DNA of 64,000 bases from Terriglobia bacterium. GTDB taxonomy: Bacteria > Acidobacteriota > Terriglobia > Terriglobales > Acidobacteriaceae. The notes under the pieces are model-generated. The model searched no databases, was not told where the DNA came from, and saw nothing but the letters and a program-made list of their open reading frames with translations. Shown piece by piece: positions 45,518-54,772 of this stretch. The number at the start of each line of letters is the position of its first letter. Position 1 is the stretch's first letter. Both the position numbers and the translations under genes were made by a program. Location of the stretch: the NCBI GenBank assembly GCA_963770085.1, contig CAVYOH010000001.1, positions 528,164-592,163 of the forward strand. Reading direction: 5' to 3'.

Positions 45518-46219
45518 TTATTTGCTCGCCGAAGTGCTGGGAGCAAAGCTGACAGCTTGTGCCGTGTACAGATCCGGCAGGGTCTTCTGCAGATGATCGA
45601 TCTTCGGCATATCGTTGATGGCGATATACGGCTGGTTCGGATGCTGCTTTAGATAGTCCTGGTGATAGGCTTCCGCCGGGTAAAAGCCTTTGAGCGGCGT
45701 TAGCTGTGTGACGATAGGCGCATCGAATACTTTCGCGTGGTTGAGTTGATCGATGTAGGCCTGCGCAATGCGTTTCTGCTCGTCGTCACCGTAGAAAATT
45801 ACGGAACGATATTGCGTGCCATCATCCGGTCCCTGACGGTTCAGCTCGGTGGGGTCGTGCGCCACGGAGAAGAAAACCTTCAAGAGCTGTCCCAGTGAAA
45901 CTTTGGACGGATCGTAAACGATCTTCACTGACTCCGCGTGTCCGGTGCTTCCGGAGCTTACGGTTTCATATTCCGCCGTATTGGCCGCTCCGCCTGAATA
46001 GCCCGAGGTCACTGAAGTCACGCCCTTCACGTGCTGGTATACACCTTGCACGCCCCAGAAACATCCGCCGCCCAAAACCAGTGTGGCCGTACCGCTGGTT
46101 TTAGCCAGCGGCGTGTCCACTGCAGGATCAGGAACACGGACAGCGGCCCGGGAGGAACTGCAAGCCGCAACCAGAGCGAGGCTGAAAATAGCGAGACTGC
46201 GAAAGAGATTCTTAAACAT
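45518..46219 (-). CDS. msrA: peptide-methionine (S)-S-oxide reductase MsrA, lipoprotein-type signal
   Basis: Lipobox LVAACSS. Catalytic GGGCFWG motif. Confidence 0.9.
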   Translation of the reverse strand: MFKNLFRSLAIFSLALVAACSSSRAAVRVPDPAVDTPLAKTSGTATLVLGGGCFWGVQGVYQHVKGVTSVTSGYSGGAANTAEYETVSSGSTGHAESVKIVYDPSKVSLGQLLKVFFSVAHDPTELNRQGPDDGTQYRSVIFYGDDEQKRIAQAYIDQLNHAKVFDAPIVTQLTPLKGFYPAEAYHQDYLKQHPNQPYIAINDMPKIDHLQKTLPDLYTAQAVSFAPSTSASK

Positions 46220-46228
46220 GTGCCTCCT

Positions 46229-46843
46229 TCAGGCGTGCTTGATGAAATTCAGTGAGGCGGAGTTCATGCAATAGCGAAGACCGGTTGGTTTGGGCCCATC
46301 GTCAAAGACATGGCCAAGATGCGCGTCACAGCGATGGCAGGAAACGGCGTTACGCTGCATGCCAAAGGAGCGGTCACTGCTGGTGGAAACATTTTCTTCC
46401 GCGATTGGCTGATAGAAGCTGGGCCAGCCAGTGCCGGATTCAAATTTGGTGGCAGAATCGAACAAAGCCGTACCGCAGCATACGCAGCGATAGAGACCTT
46501 TATCATGTTCGTTCCAGTATTTGCCGGTGAAAGCCATTTCGGTATCGTCATGGCGTGTGATGTCAAAGGCGTTGGGCGTGAGTTGTTTGCTCCATTCAGC
46601 TTCGCTCTTGCTTATCTTGGGAACCTTTACGGTGCCTTTGCGTTCGCCGGAATCGGAAAATTCTACGATGGTAACTTCCTGAGGCGTGGATGTTGACGCC
46701 TCTGCGGATTGCATTTCGTCTGTATGAGTTTTGCGCATGGAAAAAATGTATATACCTCCTCCGATCACCAAAGCAGAACCGAGAAATGCCCGGCGTGTGA
46801 CTTTGCCGGAATCGGCAGTGCTCGATTTGGGATCGGTAATCAT
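46229..46843 (-). CDS. msrB: peptide-methionine (R)-S-oxide reductase MsrB with twin-arginine-like signal/anchor
   Basis: TRRAFLGSALVIGGG N-terminus. Two CxxC zinc pairs (CVCCG, CHRCD). Catalytic RYCMNS. Confidence 0.9.
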   Translation of the reverse strand: MITDPKSSTADSGKVTRRAFLGSALVIGGGIYIFSMRKTHTDEMQSAEASTSTPQEVTIVEFSDSGERKGTVKVPKISKSEAEWSKQLTPNAFDITRHDDTEMAFTGKYWNEHDKGLYRCVCCGTALFDSATKFESGTGWPSFYQPIAEENVSTSSDRSFGMQRNAVSCHRCDAHLGHVFDDGPKPTGLRYCMNSASLNFIKHA

Positions 46844-46863
46844 TGTTATAACTCGAACCTGGA

Positions 46864-46908
46864 TCTAAACGCCGTTGGCCTAAACCCCGTTAGTCTAAAC
46901 CCCGGACA
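46864..46908. repeat. 3 x 15-bp tandem direct repeat (core CTAAACCCCG)
   Basis: TCTAAACGCCGTTGG CCTAAACCCCGTTAG TCTAAACCCCGGACA, in the divergent msrB / HAD intergenic region. Confidence 0.85.
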
Positions 46909-47001
46909 TCGCGTTCATCCTCTGAGATTCACATCCTCGCAATAAGTTTCACTCTGGGTACGAAATTCCGGTGGCGATCGGATTTGAGTAGAATTTCAGC
47001 G

Positions 47002-47724
47002 ATGACACTATCGGCCAACCTGCTCGGCGTGAAAGCCCTTACATTTGATGTATTTGGAACGACGGTGGACTGGCGCGGTTCGCTGATTCGCGAAACAGAG
47101 GAGTGGGGAAGAGCCCGCAATCTGCAGATCGACTGGGCCAAATTCGCTGACGATTGGCGTGCCGGCTATGCGCCGGCCATGGACCAGGTCCGCAAAGGAC
47201 AAATCCCGTGGATGAACCTGGACCAGCTGCATCGCGGCATTCTGGACAAACTCTTTAGTGAACTCAAGATTACGGGCGTACGTGAAGATGAGAAGGAACA
47301 TTTTAACCATGTGTGGCATCGGCTTTATCCGTGGCCGGATTCGGTTGCCGGACTCACCCGGCTGAAGAAGAAGTTTATTCTGGCCACGCTTTCGAACGGA
47401 AACGTATCGCTGCTGGTGGACATGGCAAAGTTCGCCGGACTGCCCTGGGATGCGGTGCTGTCTGCGGAGCTGTTCAAACACTACAAGCCGGACCAGGAGA
47501 CCTATCTAGGTGCGGCAGACTTACTGGGATGCAAGCCGAACCAGGTCATGATGGTGGCGGCGCATCCCAAAGATCTGAAGGCCGCGGCGAAGCTGGGATT
47601 GCGGACGGCGTTCGTGCCACGTCCACGCGAACACGGTGACCGCAATCCGGACGCAACGACCGACACGGACTTTGACGTGATTGCCACGGACTTTGTGGAT
47701 CTGGCGAAAAGGCTGGGCTGTTGA
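47002..47724 (+). CDS. haloacid dehalogenase type II / HAD-superfamily hydrolase
   Basis: Motif I LTFDVFGTTVDW, then LSNG and KPD motifs. ATG 47002 preferred over TTG 46984. Confidence 0.8.
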   Translation: MTLSANLLGVKALTFDVFGTTVDWRGSLIRETEEWGRARNLQIDWAKFADDWRAGYAPAMDQVRKGQIPWMNLDQLHRGILDKLFSELKITGVREDEKEHFNHVWHRLYPWPDSVAGLTRLKKKFILATLSNGNVSLLVDMAKFAGLPWDAVLSAELFKHYKPDQETYLGAADLLGCKPNQVMMVAAHPKDLKAAAKLGLRTAFVPRPREHGDRNPDATTDTDFDVIATDFVDLAKRLGC

Positions 47725-47751
47725 ATTGTTGAGAATCCAGCGCGGAGGCAC

Positions 47752-48744
47752 CTACTCCGAAATCACTCCGATCGTTCTAAGCCACGTCTCCACGAGCGGA
47801 GGCCATCTTGTTATGGGGAATTTGGTGCCCCGTAGACCAAAGGCGTGCCCGCCGCCGGCATACAAATGCATTTCCACGGGAACCCCAGCCTTCTTCAGCG
47901 CAATAAAGTAAACGAGTGAGTTCTGGACTGGGTCGATGGGATCATCTTCCGCTTGCAGCAAAAAGGTAGGGGGCGTTTGGCTACCGACAGGAACAGCCGG
48001 ATTCAAGTCAAAGTCCTTCGATGCATTCTCAAGCATATGTCCGGGATAAAGCGCGATTCCGAAATCCGGCCGGCAGCTTTCCTTGTCGGCTTCATCGACA
48101 GACGGATACAAGCGCTTGTCAAAATGCGTGCTGATCGCAGCCACCAGATGTCCACCTGCCGAGAAACCAAGCACTCCAATTTTGTGCGGATCGATATGCC
48201 ACTTTGTCGCGTTCAAACGCACCAGCCCCACTGTCCTCTGCGCATCTTCCAACGCGATGGGTGATTGCGGATAGGGCCCTGACCGCGGATATGGCGCCGA
48301 TTTCGGATAAAGCGCAAGCCCCGGCACGCGGTACTTGAGTAGCACACACGTGATCCCTTTCGAGGTTAGCCAGTCGCAGACTTCCGTACCTTCGAGATCG
48401 ATGGCCAGAATCTGATAGCCCCCGCCAGGAAATACGATGACCGCGGCGCCTGTATTCTTCCCGATGGGCGAATAGATCGTCATGGTTGGAAGCGAGACGT
48501 TGCTAATATAAGTCCAGGGCCTGCCGCCGACGAGGTGGTCTTTCTCTCTCGTCGTCGCGACCTCCGGCTCCGCGACGGGCTGCGCATCGGGCGCTGCGCC
48601 CGGCCAGATAGGCAACTGCGTATGTCCCGGCGACAGTTGCCAGACAGTCGTCTGCGCGCTCAGAACGCTAAATGCAAACATAACGCAGAAAGCAAAAAGT
48701 AAAGGTCTCATCACAATCCCCACGGCTCCTGCAAGTTGAGACAT
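47752..48744 (-). CDS. secreted alpha/beta hydrolase (esterase/lipase type)
   Basis: Signal peptide. HGGG-like FPGGGY. Nucleophile elbow GFSAGGH. Confidence 0.8.
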   Translation of the reverse strand: MSQLAGAVGIVMRPLLFAFCVMFAFSVLSAQTTVWQLSPGHTQLPIWPGAAPDAQPVAEPEVATTREKDHLVGGRPWTYISNVSLPTMTIYSPIGKNTGAAVIVFPGGGYQILAIDLEGTEVCDWLTSKGITCVLLKYRVPGLALYPKSAPYPRSGPYPQSPIALEDAQRTVGLVRLNATKWHIDPHKIGVLGFSAGGHLVAAISTHFDKRLYPSVDEADKESCRPDFGIALYPGHMLENASKDFDLNPAVPVGSQTPPTFLLQAEDDPIDPVQNSLVYFIALKKAGVPVEMHLYAGGGHAFGLRGTKFPITRWPPLVETWLRTIGVISE

Positions 48745-48941
48745 TCCCTTACTTTGACCGAAAGTCCAAAGCCTTCAGAGGCCCTAAACCTGAAGGGAAT
48801 AGAGTGTTGATTTAAACACCTTTGACTCCTTACGAATAAAAAGTTTTCACAAAATACAGACTCTCAACCTTCATCTTGGCGATTTGACATTTGCTTATTT
48901 GTGATCGCCTTCTATAATCGCCGCCCGAGGGGACTTCTACT

Positions 48942-50042
48942 GTGAGATCAACTTTCGCTCTTCCCGTTCTGTGCTTGTCATTCATCTTGTTATTCGTTTC
49001 GGCCTCATCCGCGCAGCATTCTGCTCCAACATTCATTGCTTCCGTTGCTGCGGCGCAAGGCGCGTCGCCGAGTGCGTCGGAAGAGGGCAAAGTGGTGCGC
49101 TATGAGTTGAAGATGAGCGAGCTGAAGTACACCTACGCGGCGTCATACCAGCCCGTGGCCAGGTTGAAGTCCGGCAACATTCTGGAAACCAACACAGTGG
49201 ATTGCTTCGGCAACGCGATCAAGAAGCCCGGCGACACGCTGGATATGGCGCCGGGTGACAATCCGCTGACCGGGCCGTTCTTCATTGAAGGAGCTGAGGT
49301 CGGGGACACGCTGGCCATCAAGATTTTGGACTTGCAAGTGGACGGCAATCAGGGAATCGGAGCGCTGGCGCCAGGCTTCGGCGCGATCAACTCCACCAAC
49401 TACACGCCCATGCTGAACCCGGCCATCAAGGAAAAAATCTGGTTCTATCCCATTGACCATGCTTCGAACACCGCAACGTTCCAGGCGCTGGATTCCAAAT
49501 ACACGGTGAAGATTCCCCTGCATCCCTTCTTTGGCTGCATCGGCGTGGCGCCGGCGGGCGGCGAGGCACGCAGCTCAATTGTTCCGGAGGCTTTCGGAGG
49601 CAATCTGGATTCACCGGAAGCCAGTGTTGGCAACACGGTCTATTTCCCGGTGAACACACCGGGAGCAATGCTCTTTCTGGGCGATGGTCATGCCGCCATG
49701 GGAGACGGTGAAGTTGCCGGGACAGCCATTGAAGTTCCATTGCGCAGCCGTGTGCAGGTACACGTTATTAAGAAGCAGAAGATCAGCTGGCCGCGTTTTG
49801 AGAATGACGAATACATCATGACCGTGGGAGCTTATCGTCCGGTGGACGATGCTTTGAGGATCGCATTTACCGAGCTGGTGGGATGGATTCATGCCGACTA
49901 CGGCTTGTCTGAGATGGACGCTTACGAGTTGCTATCGAAGGTGGCGGAGATCCATTTGAACGAGATGGTGGACCCGAATTACGTGGTGGTAGCGAAGATC
50001 AAGAAGAGTTTCCTACCGAAGCGGGTGGGTGCGGGCAAATAG
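48942..50042 (+). CDS. acetamidase/formamidase-family protein, secreted
   Basis: GTG start with signal peptide ...VSASSAQ. Family motifs GPFFIEGAEVGDTL, GGNLD and LGDGHAAMGDGEV. Confidence 0.8.
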   Translation: MRSTFALPVLCLSFILLFVSASSAQHSAPTFIASVAAAQGASPSASEEGKVVRYELKMSELKYTYAASYQPVARLKSGNILETNTVDCFGNAIKKPGDTLDMAPGDNPLTGPFFIEGAEVGDTLAIKILDLQVDGNQGIGALAPGFGAINSTNYTPMLNPAIKEKIWFYPIDHASNTATFQALDSKYTVKIPLHPFFGCIGVAPAGGEARSSIVPEAFGGNLDSPEASVGNTVYFPVNTPGAMLFLGDGHAAMGDGEVAGTAIEVPLRSRVQVHVIKKQKISWPRFENDEYIMTVGAYRPVDDALRIAFTELVGWIHADYGLSEMDAYELLSKVAEIHLNEMVDPNYVVVAKIKKSFLPKRVGAGK

Positions 50043-50070
50043 AATGATCAAGGTTTGAATCCTCGTAGCC

Positions 50071-50130
50071 GTAGGGATCCCTCGCTATGCTCGGGATGGA
50101 AGAAACTACCCTCGCGCAGCTCGGGATGAA
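50071..50130. repeat. REP-like element (one and a half units)
   Basis: GTAGGGATCCCTCGCTATGCTCGGGATGG, then CTACCCTCGCGCAGCTCGGGATGAAG. Lies in a convergent intergenic gap. Confidence 0.8.
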
Positions 50131-50138
50131 GAAAAACT

Positions 50139-50624
50139 CTACAGCTTATTGATATAGTCCACGAATTCGCGACTTTCCCAGTGTTGCGGGCCACTCAGCT
50201 TGCGGCGAACTTTGAAGTCACGGTCGATGATGAAAGTCTCGGGCTGGCCCGTGGTGCGATAGAGGGCGGCGGTGTCGGCAGATTCATCGCGAACGGTGAG
50301 GAAATCAATTTTGTGGCGTAAAAGGAATTCATGGTACGCGGCATCACTCTTGTCCGTGCTCACAGCCAGGACCACAGCATTCTGCCCAAGCTTATGCTGG
50401 AATTCGGCCAAAGAAGGCATCTCTTCAATGCAGGGTGCACACCAGGTGGTCCAGAAATTCAGGACAATGACTTTGCCTTTGAAGTCATGCAATGAAACAG
50501 TTTTATCCGAGTCTTTTACGGTGAAGTCCTTGGCCGGGCTACCCACCAGACCAGGGTTGGGTGAATCTGTGCACGCGCACAGCAGCAGCGGCAGGGCCAA
50601 TAGACATAGTCGCAGGGGTTTCAC
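50139..50624 (-). CDS. TlpA-family thiol:disulfide oxidoreductase lipoprotein
   Basis: Lipobox LLLCAC. Thioredoxin motif WTTWCAPCIEEMP. Confidence 0.85.
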   Translation of the reverse strand: MKPLRLCLLALPLLLCACTDSPNPGLVGSPAKDFTVKDSDKTVSLHDFKGKVIVLNFWTTWCAPCIEEMPSLAEFQHKLGQNAVVLAVSTDKSDAAYHEFLLRHKIDFLTVRDESADTAALYRTTGQPETFIIDRDFKVRRKLSGPQHWESREFVDYINKL

Positions 50625-50647
50625 AGCCCTATAATAAACCGATTCTC

Positions 50648-51667
50648 ATGAATTCAAGCCGCACAAAAGTAACCGTCCGGGTGATTATCCCTGCCCGTAA
50701 TGAGGAAGCTTGTCTGGGACGATGTCTTGGATCGCTGGTTACACAGGTTGGAATCCCGTTTGAGATATTTGTCGTAGACGATAACTCAACGGACCACACG
50801 CGGGATGTGGCGTCGGGCTTTCCTGGGGTACAGATTCTTACAGCCACCGAGCCTGCGTCGGGTATCAACGGCAAGTGTAACGCCTTGATCATGGGCGCTG
50901 AAGCAGCCAACACGGATTGGCTTCTGTTTACTGACGCGGATACGGTTCATCTTCCTGGGTCGCTGGCAGCGGCCGTGGAGGAAGCAGAGAGAGTACATGC
51001 CGATCTGCTTTCTTACTCCCCCGAGCAGGAAACCGGCGCATGGTATGAAGAGATGCTGATGCCACTGGTGTTCGCTGAACTGGCGCGAAACTTTGACACC
51101 TCCGGTGACGATAAACAGGGAAAACCCGCCGCTAACGGGCAATACATTCTGGCCAGGCGTGAAGTCTATGAGCGGCTGGGAGGGCATCGGGCGGTAGCGA
51201 ACAAGGTGCTGGAAGATGTTGAACTGGCCAAACTTTTTAGAAACGCCGGCCACAAGATTTACTTTCGCTATGGCAAAGGGCGAGTGCGTACACGCATGTA
51301 TCGCAGTTTTGCTGCCATGTGGGCGGGATGGACCAAGAATCTGGGGCTGTTGTTTCCCAATGCGGCGTCTCTGGCGGCCTTCCGCATGATGGAGTTTTTG
51401 GTGGTTTGTCTGTCACTTGTGTTCGGATTGAGGCTCTATGTCCTTGGGAGAAACAACGAAAGCGAAATTACCCTTGCCGTCGGCCTGGCCGTGCTGCTTC
51501 AGTTCTGGTTGCGCGTGCGGCAGGCCCACTTCCCATGGAAGGCTAACCTTTTAAGTTTCTTTGGCTTGCCGGTGTTTGCGACTCTCTTGTGGCGCTCAAT
51601 TTACTGCCTGAATGTGCGTGGCACTGTAACATGGAAGGGAAGAAGTTATCCTAATTCAGCACCCTGA
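50648..51667 (+). CDS. family 2 glycosyltransferase with C-terminal TM helices
   Basis: VIIPARNEE, VDDNSTD and TDADT (DxD) motifs. ATG 50648 preferred, because the listed 50561 start overlaps the tlpA-like gene. Confidence 0.75.
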   Translation: MNSSRTKVTVRVIIPARNEEACLGRCLGSLVTQVGIPFEIFVVDDNSTDHTRDVASGFPGVQILTATEPASGINGKCNALIMGAEAANTDWLLFTDADTVHLPGSLAAAVEEAERVHADLLSYSPEQETGAWYEEMLMPLVFAELARNFDTSGDDKQGKPAANGQYILARREVYERLGGHRAVANKVLEDVELAKLFRNAGHKIYFRYGKGRVRTRMYRSFAAMWAGWTKNLGLLFPNAASLAAFRMMEFLVVCLSLVFGLRLYVLGRNNESEITLAVGLAVLLQFWLRVRQAHFPWKANLLSFFGLPVFATLLWRSIYCLNVRGTVTWKGRSYPNSAP

Positions 51668-51698
51668 ACCCTATGGCGGGGGCCGAGACAAATATTGA

Positions 51699-52109
51699 AT
51701 GGTCTATCTCACCAGGAAAGCAGAGTTTTCAGCGTCGCATTCTTACCACAACCCGGAATTTTCACCGGAGGAGAACCGCCGCATTTTTGGGAAATGCAAT
51801 AACCCTCATGGCCACGGGCATAATTACACACTTGAAGTGACAGTAAAGGGTCAGGTGGATGGCCGGTCTGGGTTTGTGGTTGACCTGAAACAGCTCAAAG
51901 ACATCATGAACCGGGAAGTGATCGAAGTGCTGGACCATCGTTTCCTGAACAAAGAGATCGCGGAATTCGCCAATATTATCCCTACCACGGAGAATCTGGC
52001 TATCGATATATGGAACCGCCTGCGGACCAAGCTGAAGGCGGCGGAATTGCATCGTGTTCGCGTGTATGAAACGCCGGACCTGTTTGTCGATTACTTTGGA
52101 GAGGCATGA
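51699..52109 (+). CDS. 6-pyruvoyl-tetrahydropterin synthase-type enzyme (COG0720), paralog 1
   Basis: FGKCNNPHGHGHNY, TTENLAIDIW and VRVYETPD closely mirror the animal PTPS motifs as I recall them (GKCNNPNGHGHNY, TTENVAVYIW, VKVYETDNN). Confidence 0.85.
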   Translation: MVYLTRKAEFSASHSYHNPEFSPEENRRIFGKCNNPHGHGHNYTLEVTVKGQVDGRSGFVVDLKQLKDIMNREVIEVLDHRFLNKEIAEFANIIPTTENLAIDIWNRLRTKLKAAELHRVRVYETPDLFVDYFGEA

Positions 52110-52528
52110 AGGCATATCTCACACGGCGCTACTGGTTCTCTGCATCCCACCGTCTGCATTGCGAAGACATGTCGGAGGCGGAAAACAAAGAAGCCTACGG
52201 CAAATGCAACAACCCGCATGGGCACGGGCATAACTATTCAGTGGAAGTCACGGTGGCAGGGCAGGTTGACCCGAAAACCGGGATGGTCTGTAATCTGGCT
52301 GACCTGGACTCTTTTGTGCATGAAAAGATATTGCAACGTTTTGACCTTGAAAACCTCAATACATTGAGTGAATTTCAAGGTGTGGTTCCCACCACGGAAA
52401 ATCTGTGCGTGGAGCTTTACGACATTCTGGAAAACGGATTCAGGCACGCCGCGGTAGAGAAAGTGCGGGTGGAAGAAACGATGCTGAATTCGTTTGAATA
52501 TGCCGGAGGAAGGGAAGCACGCCATTAG
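52106..52528 (+). CDS. 6-pyruvoyl-tetrahydropterin synthase-type enzyme (COG0720), paralog 2
   Basis: YGKCNNPHGHGHNY, TTENLCVELY and VRVEET motifs. ATGA overlap with paralog 1. Confidence 0.85.
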   Translation: MKAYLTRRYWFSASHRLHCEDMSEAENKEAYGKCNNPHGHGHNYSVEVTVAGQVDPKTGMVCNLADLDSFVHEKILQRFDLENLNTLSEFQGVVPTTENLCVELYDILENGFRHAAVEKVRVEETMLNSFEYAGGREARH

Positions 52529-52534
52529 GAGTCA

Positions 52535-53158
52535 GTGGTGTCCATTGGAGTGAATTTGAAGAAGGTTTCTGAAACATCGCTTGCAGCCGCCAACACGCAG
52601 GATTTACTGCGCGAACTGCTGGTCCGTCTGGGAGAAGATCCGGACCGCGACGGACTGATGAAGACGCCGGAACGCATGCAGAAGGCGCTGGAATATCTGA
52701 CCAAAGGCGCAAAGGAAGACCCAAACAGGGTTTTGACTGACGCGCTATTTGACGTGAGCTATGACGAGATGGTCATAGTGAAAGATATTGAGATGTTCAG
52801 CCTGTGCGAGCATCACATTCTCCCGTTCTTTGGAAAAGTCCACGTTGCCTACATTCCCAATGGAAAAGTTGTGGGCCTGAGCAAGATTCCCCGCCTGGTG
52901 GATATCTTTGCCCGGCGCCTGCAGATACAGGAACGCCTCACCGTGCAGATTACGGACACGATCCAGGACGCAATCCAGCCGCTGGGAGTGGGCGTGGTGA
53001 TTGAAGCACGCCATCTTTGCGTGATGATGCGCGGCGTGGAGAAGCAGCATTCGTCGGCTGTGACTTCGCATATGCTGGGAACATTCCGCAGTTCGGATAA
53101 GACGCGGGAAGAATTTCTGTCTCTGATTAGAAACGGCAAGAACGGGCATTCTTTCTAG
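52535..53158 (+). CDS. folE: GTP cyclohydrolase I
   Basis: [25 protein letters not shown] and RLQIQERLT motifs. Confidence 0.9.
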   Translation: MVSIGVNLKKVSETSLAAANTQDLLRELLVRLGEDPDRDGLMKTPERMQKALEYLTKGAKEDPNRVLTDALFDVSYDEMVIVKDIEMFSLCEHHILPFFGKVHVAYIPNGKVVGLSKIPRLVDIFARRLQIQERLTVQITDTIQDAIQPLGVGVVIEARHLCVMMRGVEKQHSSAVTSHMLGTFRSSDKTREEFLSLIRNGKNGHSF

Positions 53159-53188
53159 ATAGTCGAAGAAAAGTCGGGCAAAGGAACG

Positions 53189-53911
53189 ATGGTCGAAGAA
53201 AAGCTGGCCGAAAAGATTGCTGTCATCACCGGTGGCAGCCGCGGCATAGGGCTGGCGATCGCAAAGACGTTCGCCGAGGCGAAATACAAGGTCATCATTC
53301 TTGGCAGGGAAGCCGCACGGCTGAAATCAGCGATCGACCAGTTGAAGGCGCGGCACTTGTTGGGTGAGTCATTAGTATGTGACGTGAGGCTTCCGGCGAG
53401 TGTGGAAGCTGCCTTTCATCAAATCGCTGCGAAACATCACCGGATCGATGTTCTGGTGAACAACGCCGGTGTTGCGCATGCCCTTGCGCCGGCGCAAAAG
53501 CTGCCTCTCGATATCTGGAAGAAAGTAATCGACACCAACCTGACGGGCACGTTCCTGGTTACGCAGGCAGCCTTGCCGCTGATGCACTCAGGGGGCACCA
53601 TCGTAAACAATTTGTCGGTTGCGGCAATCCAGCCGTTTGCCGGCATGTCAGCCTATAACGCTTCAAAATATGGCGCTTACGGATTCACCCAGGCATTGCG
53701 CGAAGACTTGCGCAAGTCAGGGATACGAGTCGTCGCTCTGATGCCAGGCGCGACTGATACCGAAATATGGGGCCAGTTCTGGCCGGATGCGCCTCGGGAA
53801 AAGATGGTCTCTCCGCAGGCCGTGGCTGATGCCGTGTTGCATGCGGTTTCAGCGCCGGCCAGTGCTTCGATTGACGAGATTCGGTTGGGGCCGGCGTCAG
53901 GCGTGCTGTAG
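53189..53911 (+). CDS. short-chain dehydrogenase/reductase (possible sepiapterin/pteridine reductase by context)
   Basis: TGGSRGIG, NNAG and YNASK (YxxxK). Last gene of the PTPS-PTPS-folE cluster. Confidence 0.8.
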   Translation: MVEEKLAEKIAVITGGSRGIGLAIAKTFAEAKYKVIILGREAARLKSAIDQLKARHLLGESLVCDVRLPASVEAAFHQIAAKHHRIDVLVNNAGVAHALAPAQKLPLDIWKKVIDTNLTGTFLVTQAALPLMHSGGTIVNNLSVAAIQPFAGMSAYNASKYGAYGFTQALREDLRKSGIRVVALMPGATDTEIWGQFWPDAPREKMVSPQAVADAVLHAVSAPASASIDEIRLGPASGVL

Positions 53912-53987
53912 CTAACTTTAAGTATTACTTTAAGTACTCTGCGATCTTTCTATAAGAGTCAATACAAAACTGAAATTTTCCGGAGAT

Positions 53988-54018
53988 GATAGGGATCCCT
54001 CGCGACGCTCGGGATAAG
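53988..54018. repeat. REP-like element
   Basis: GATAGGGATCCCTCGCGACGCTCGGGATAAG, in a convergent intergenic gap. Confidence 0.8.
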
Positions 54019-54029
54019 AACGAGAGACC

Positions 54030-54722
54030 CTAGTAATCTTCAAATGAGTAATAACGGCTCTGCTTGGGCATAATCTTGATCAACAAGAGGCCGGTAAGAA
54101 AGCCTCCAACGTGGGCCCAGAAAGCCACGCCGCCTACGTTGCCTGTCGCGGGGCTAAGGGCGGACGCAGCGCCATCCAGAAGCTGTCCGATAAACCAGAT
54201 GCCGAGAACCAGCCATGCCGGCACCCAGAAGAAAAAGATGAAGAAGAACCAGACCAGAACGCGCGCTCGCGGATAGAGCAGAAAATAGGCGCCCATGACT
54301 CCGGCAATAGCGCCACTGGCTCCGACCGTGGGCACCTGCGAGTTCAGATTAAACAACAAGTGAGTGAAGGACGCACCCAGCCCGCTGGCCAGGTAAAACA
54401 GCAGATAACCAAAATGGCCGAGGCGGTCTTCCACGTTGTCGCCAAAGATGTACAGGCCCCACATATTCAGCAGGACGTGCGGCCAGGACGCGTGGAGAAA
54501 TATGGATGTAATGATGGGTGGAAACGCGTACGCCGCCGGAACCACGCCTGATGCCCAGCTGAGGAGATTGTGAGGCACCAGCGCGAACTCCATCTCAAAC
54601 AACTGGCGGGAATGCCTAGGCAATGACGCCTCGAAGAGATAAATGCCGATGTTCAATGCAATGAGGAAATAATTGACGTATGGAGTGGTGGAACGGGGCG
54701 CGTCATCACGGATGGGGAACAT
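54030..54722 (-). CDS. rhomboid-family intramembrane serine protease
   Basis: Six TM helices. HxxxN (HVLLN), GASGAIAGVMGAY catalytic Ser motif, and the downstream AHVGG His. Confidence 0.85.
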   Translation of the reverse strand: MFPIRDDAPRSTTPYVNYFLIALNIGIYLFEASLPRHSRQLFEMEFALVPHNLLSWASGVVPAAYAFPPIITSIFLHASWPHVLLNMWGLYIFGDNVEDRLGHFGYLLFYLASGLGASFTHLLFNLNSQVPTVGASGAIAGVMGAYFLLYPRARVLVWFFFIFFFWVPAWLVLGIWFIGQLLDGAASALSPATGNVGGVAFWAHVGGFLTGLLLIKIMPKQSRYYSFEDY

Positions 54723-54772
54723 GAATAAAAGGGCTCATTGATTATCATGCTTGATAGGGAGAACTAGCTCAA

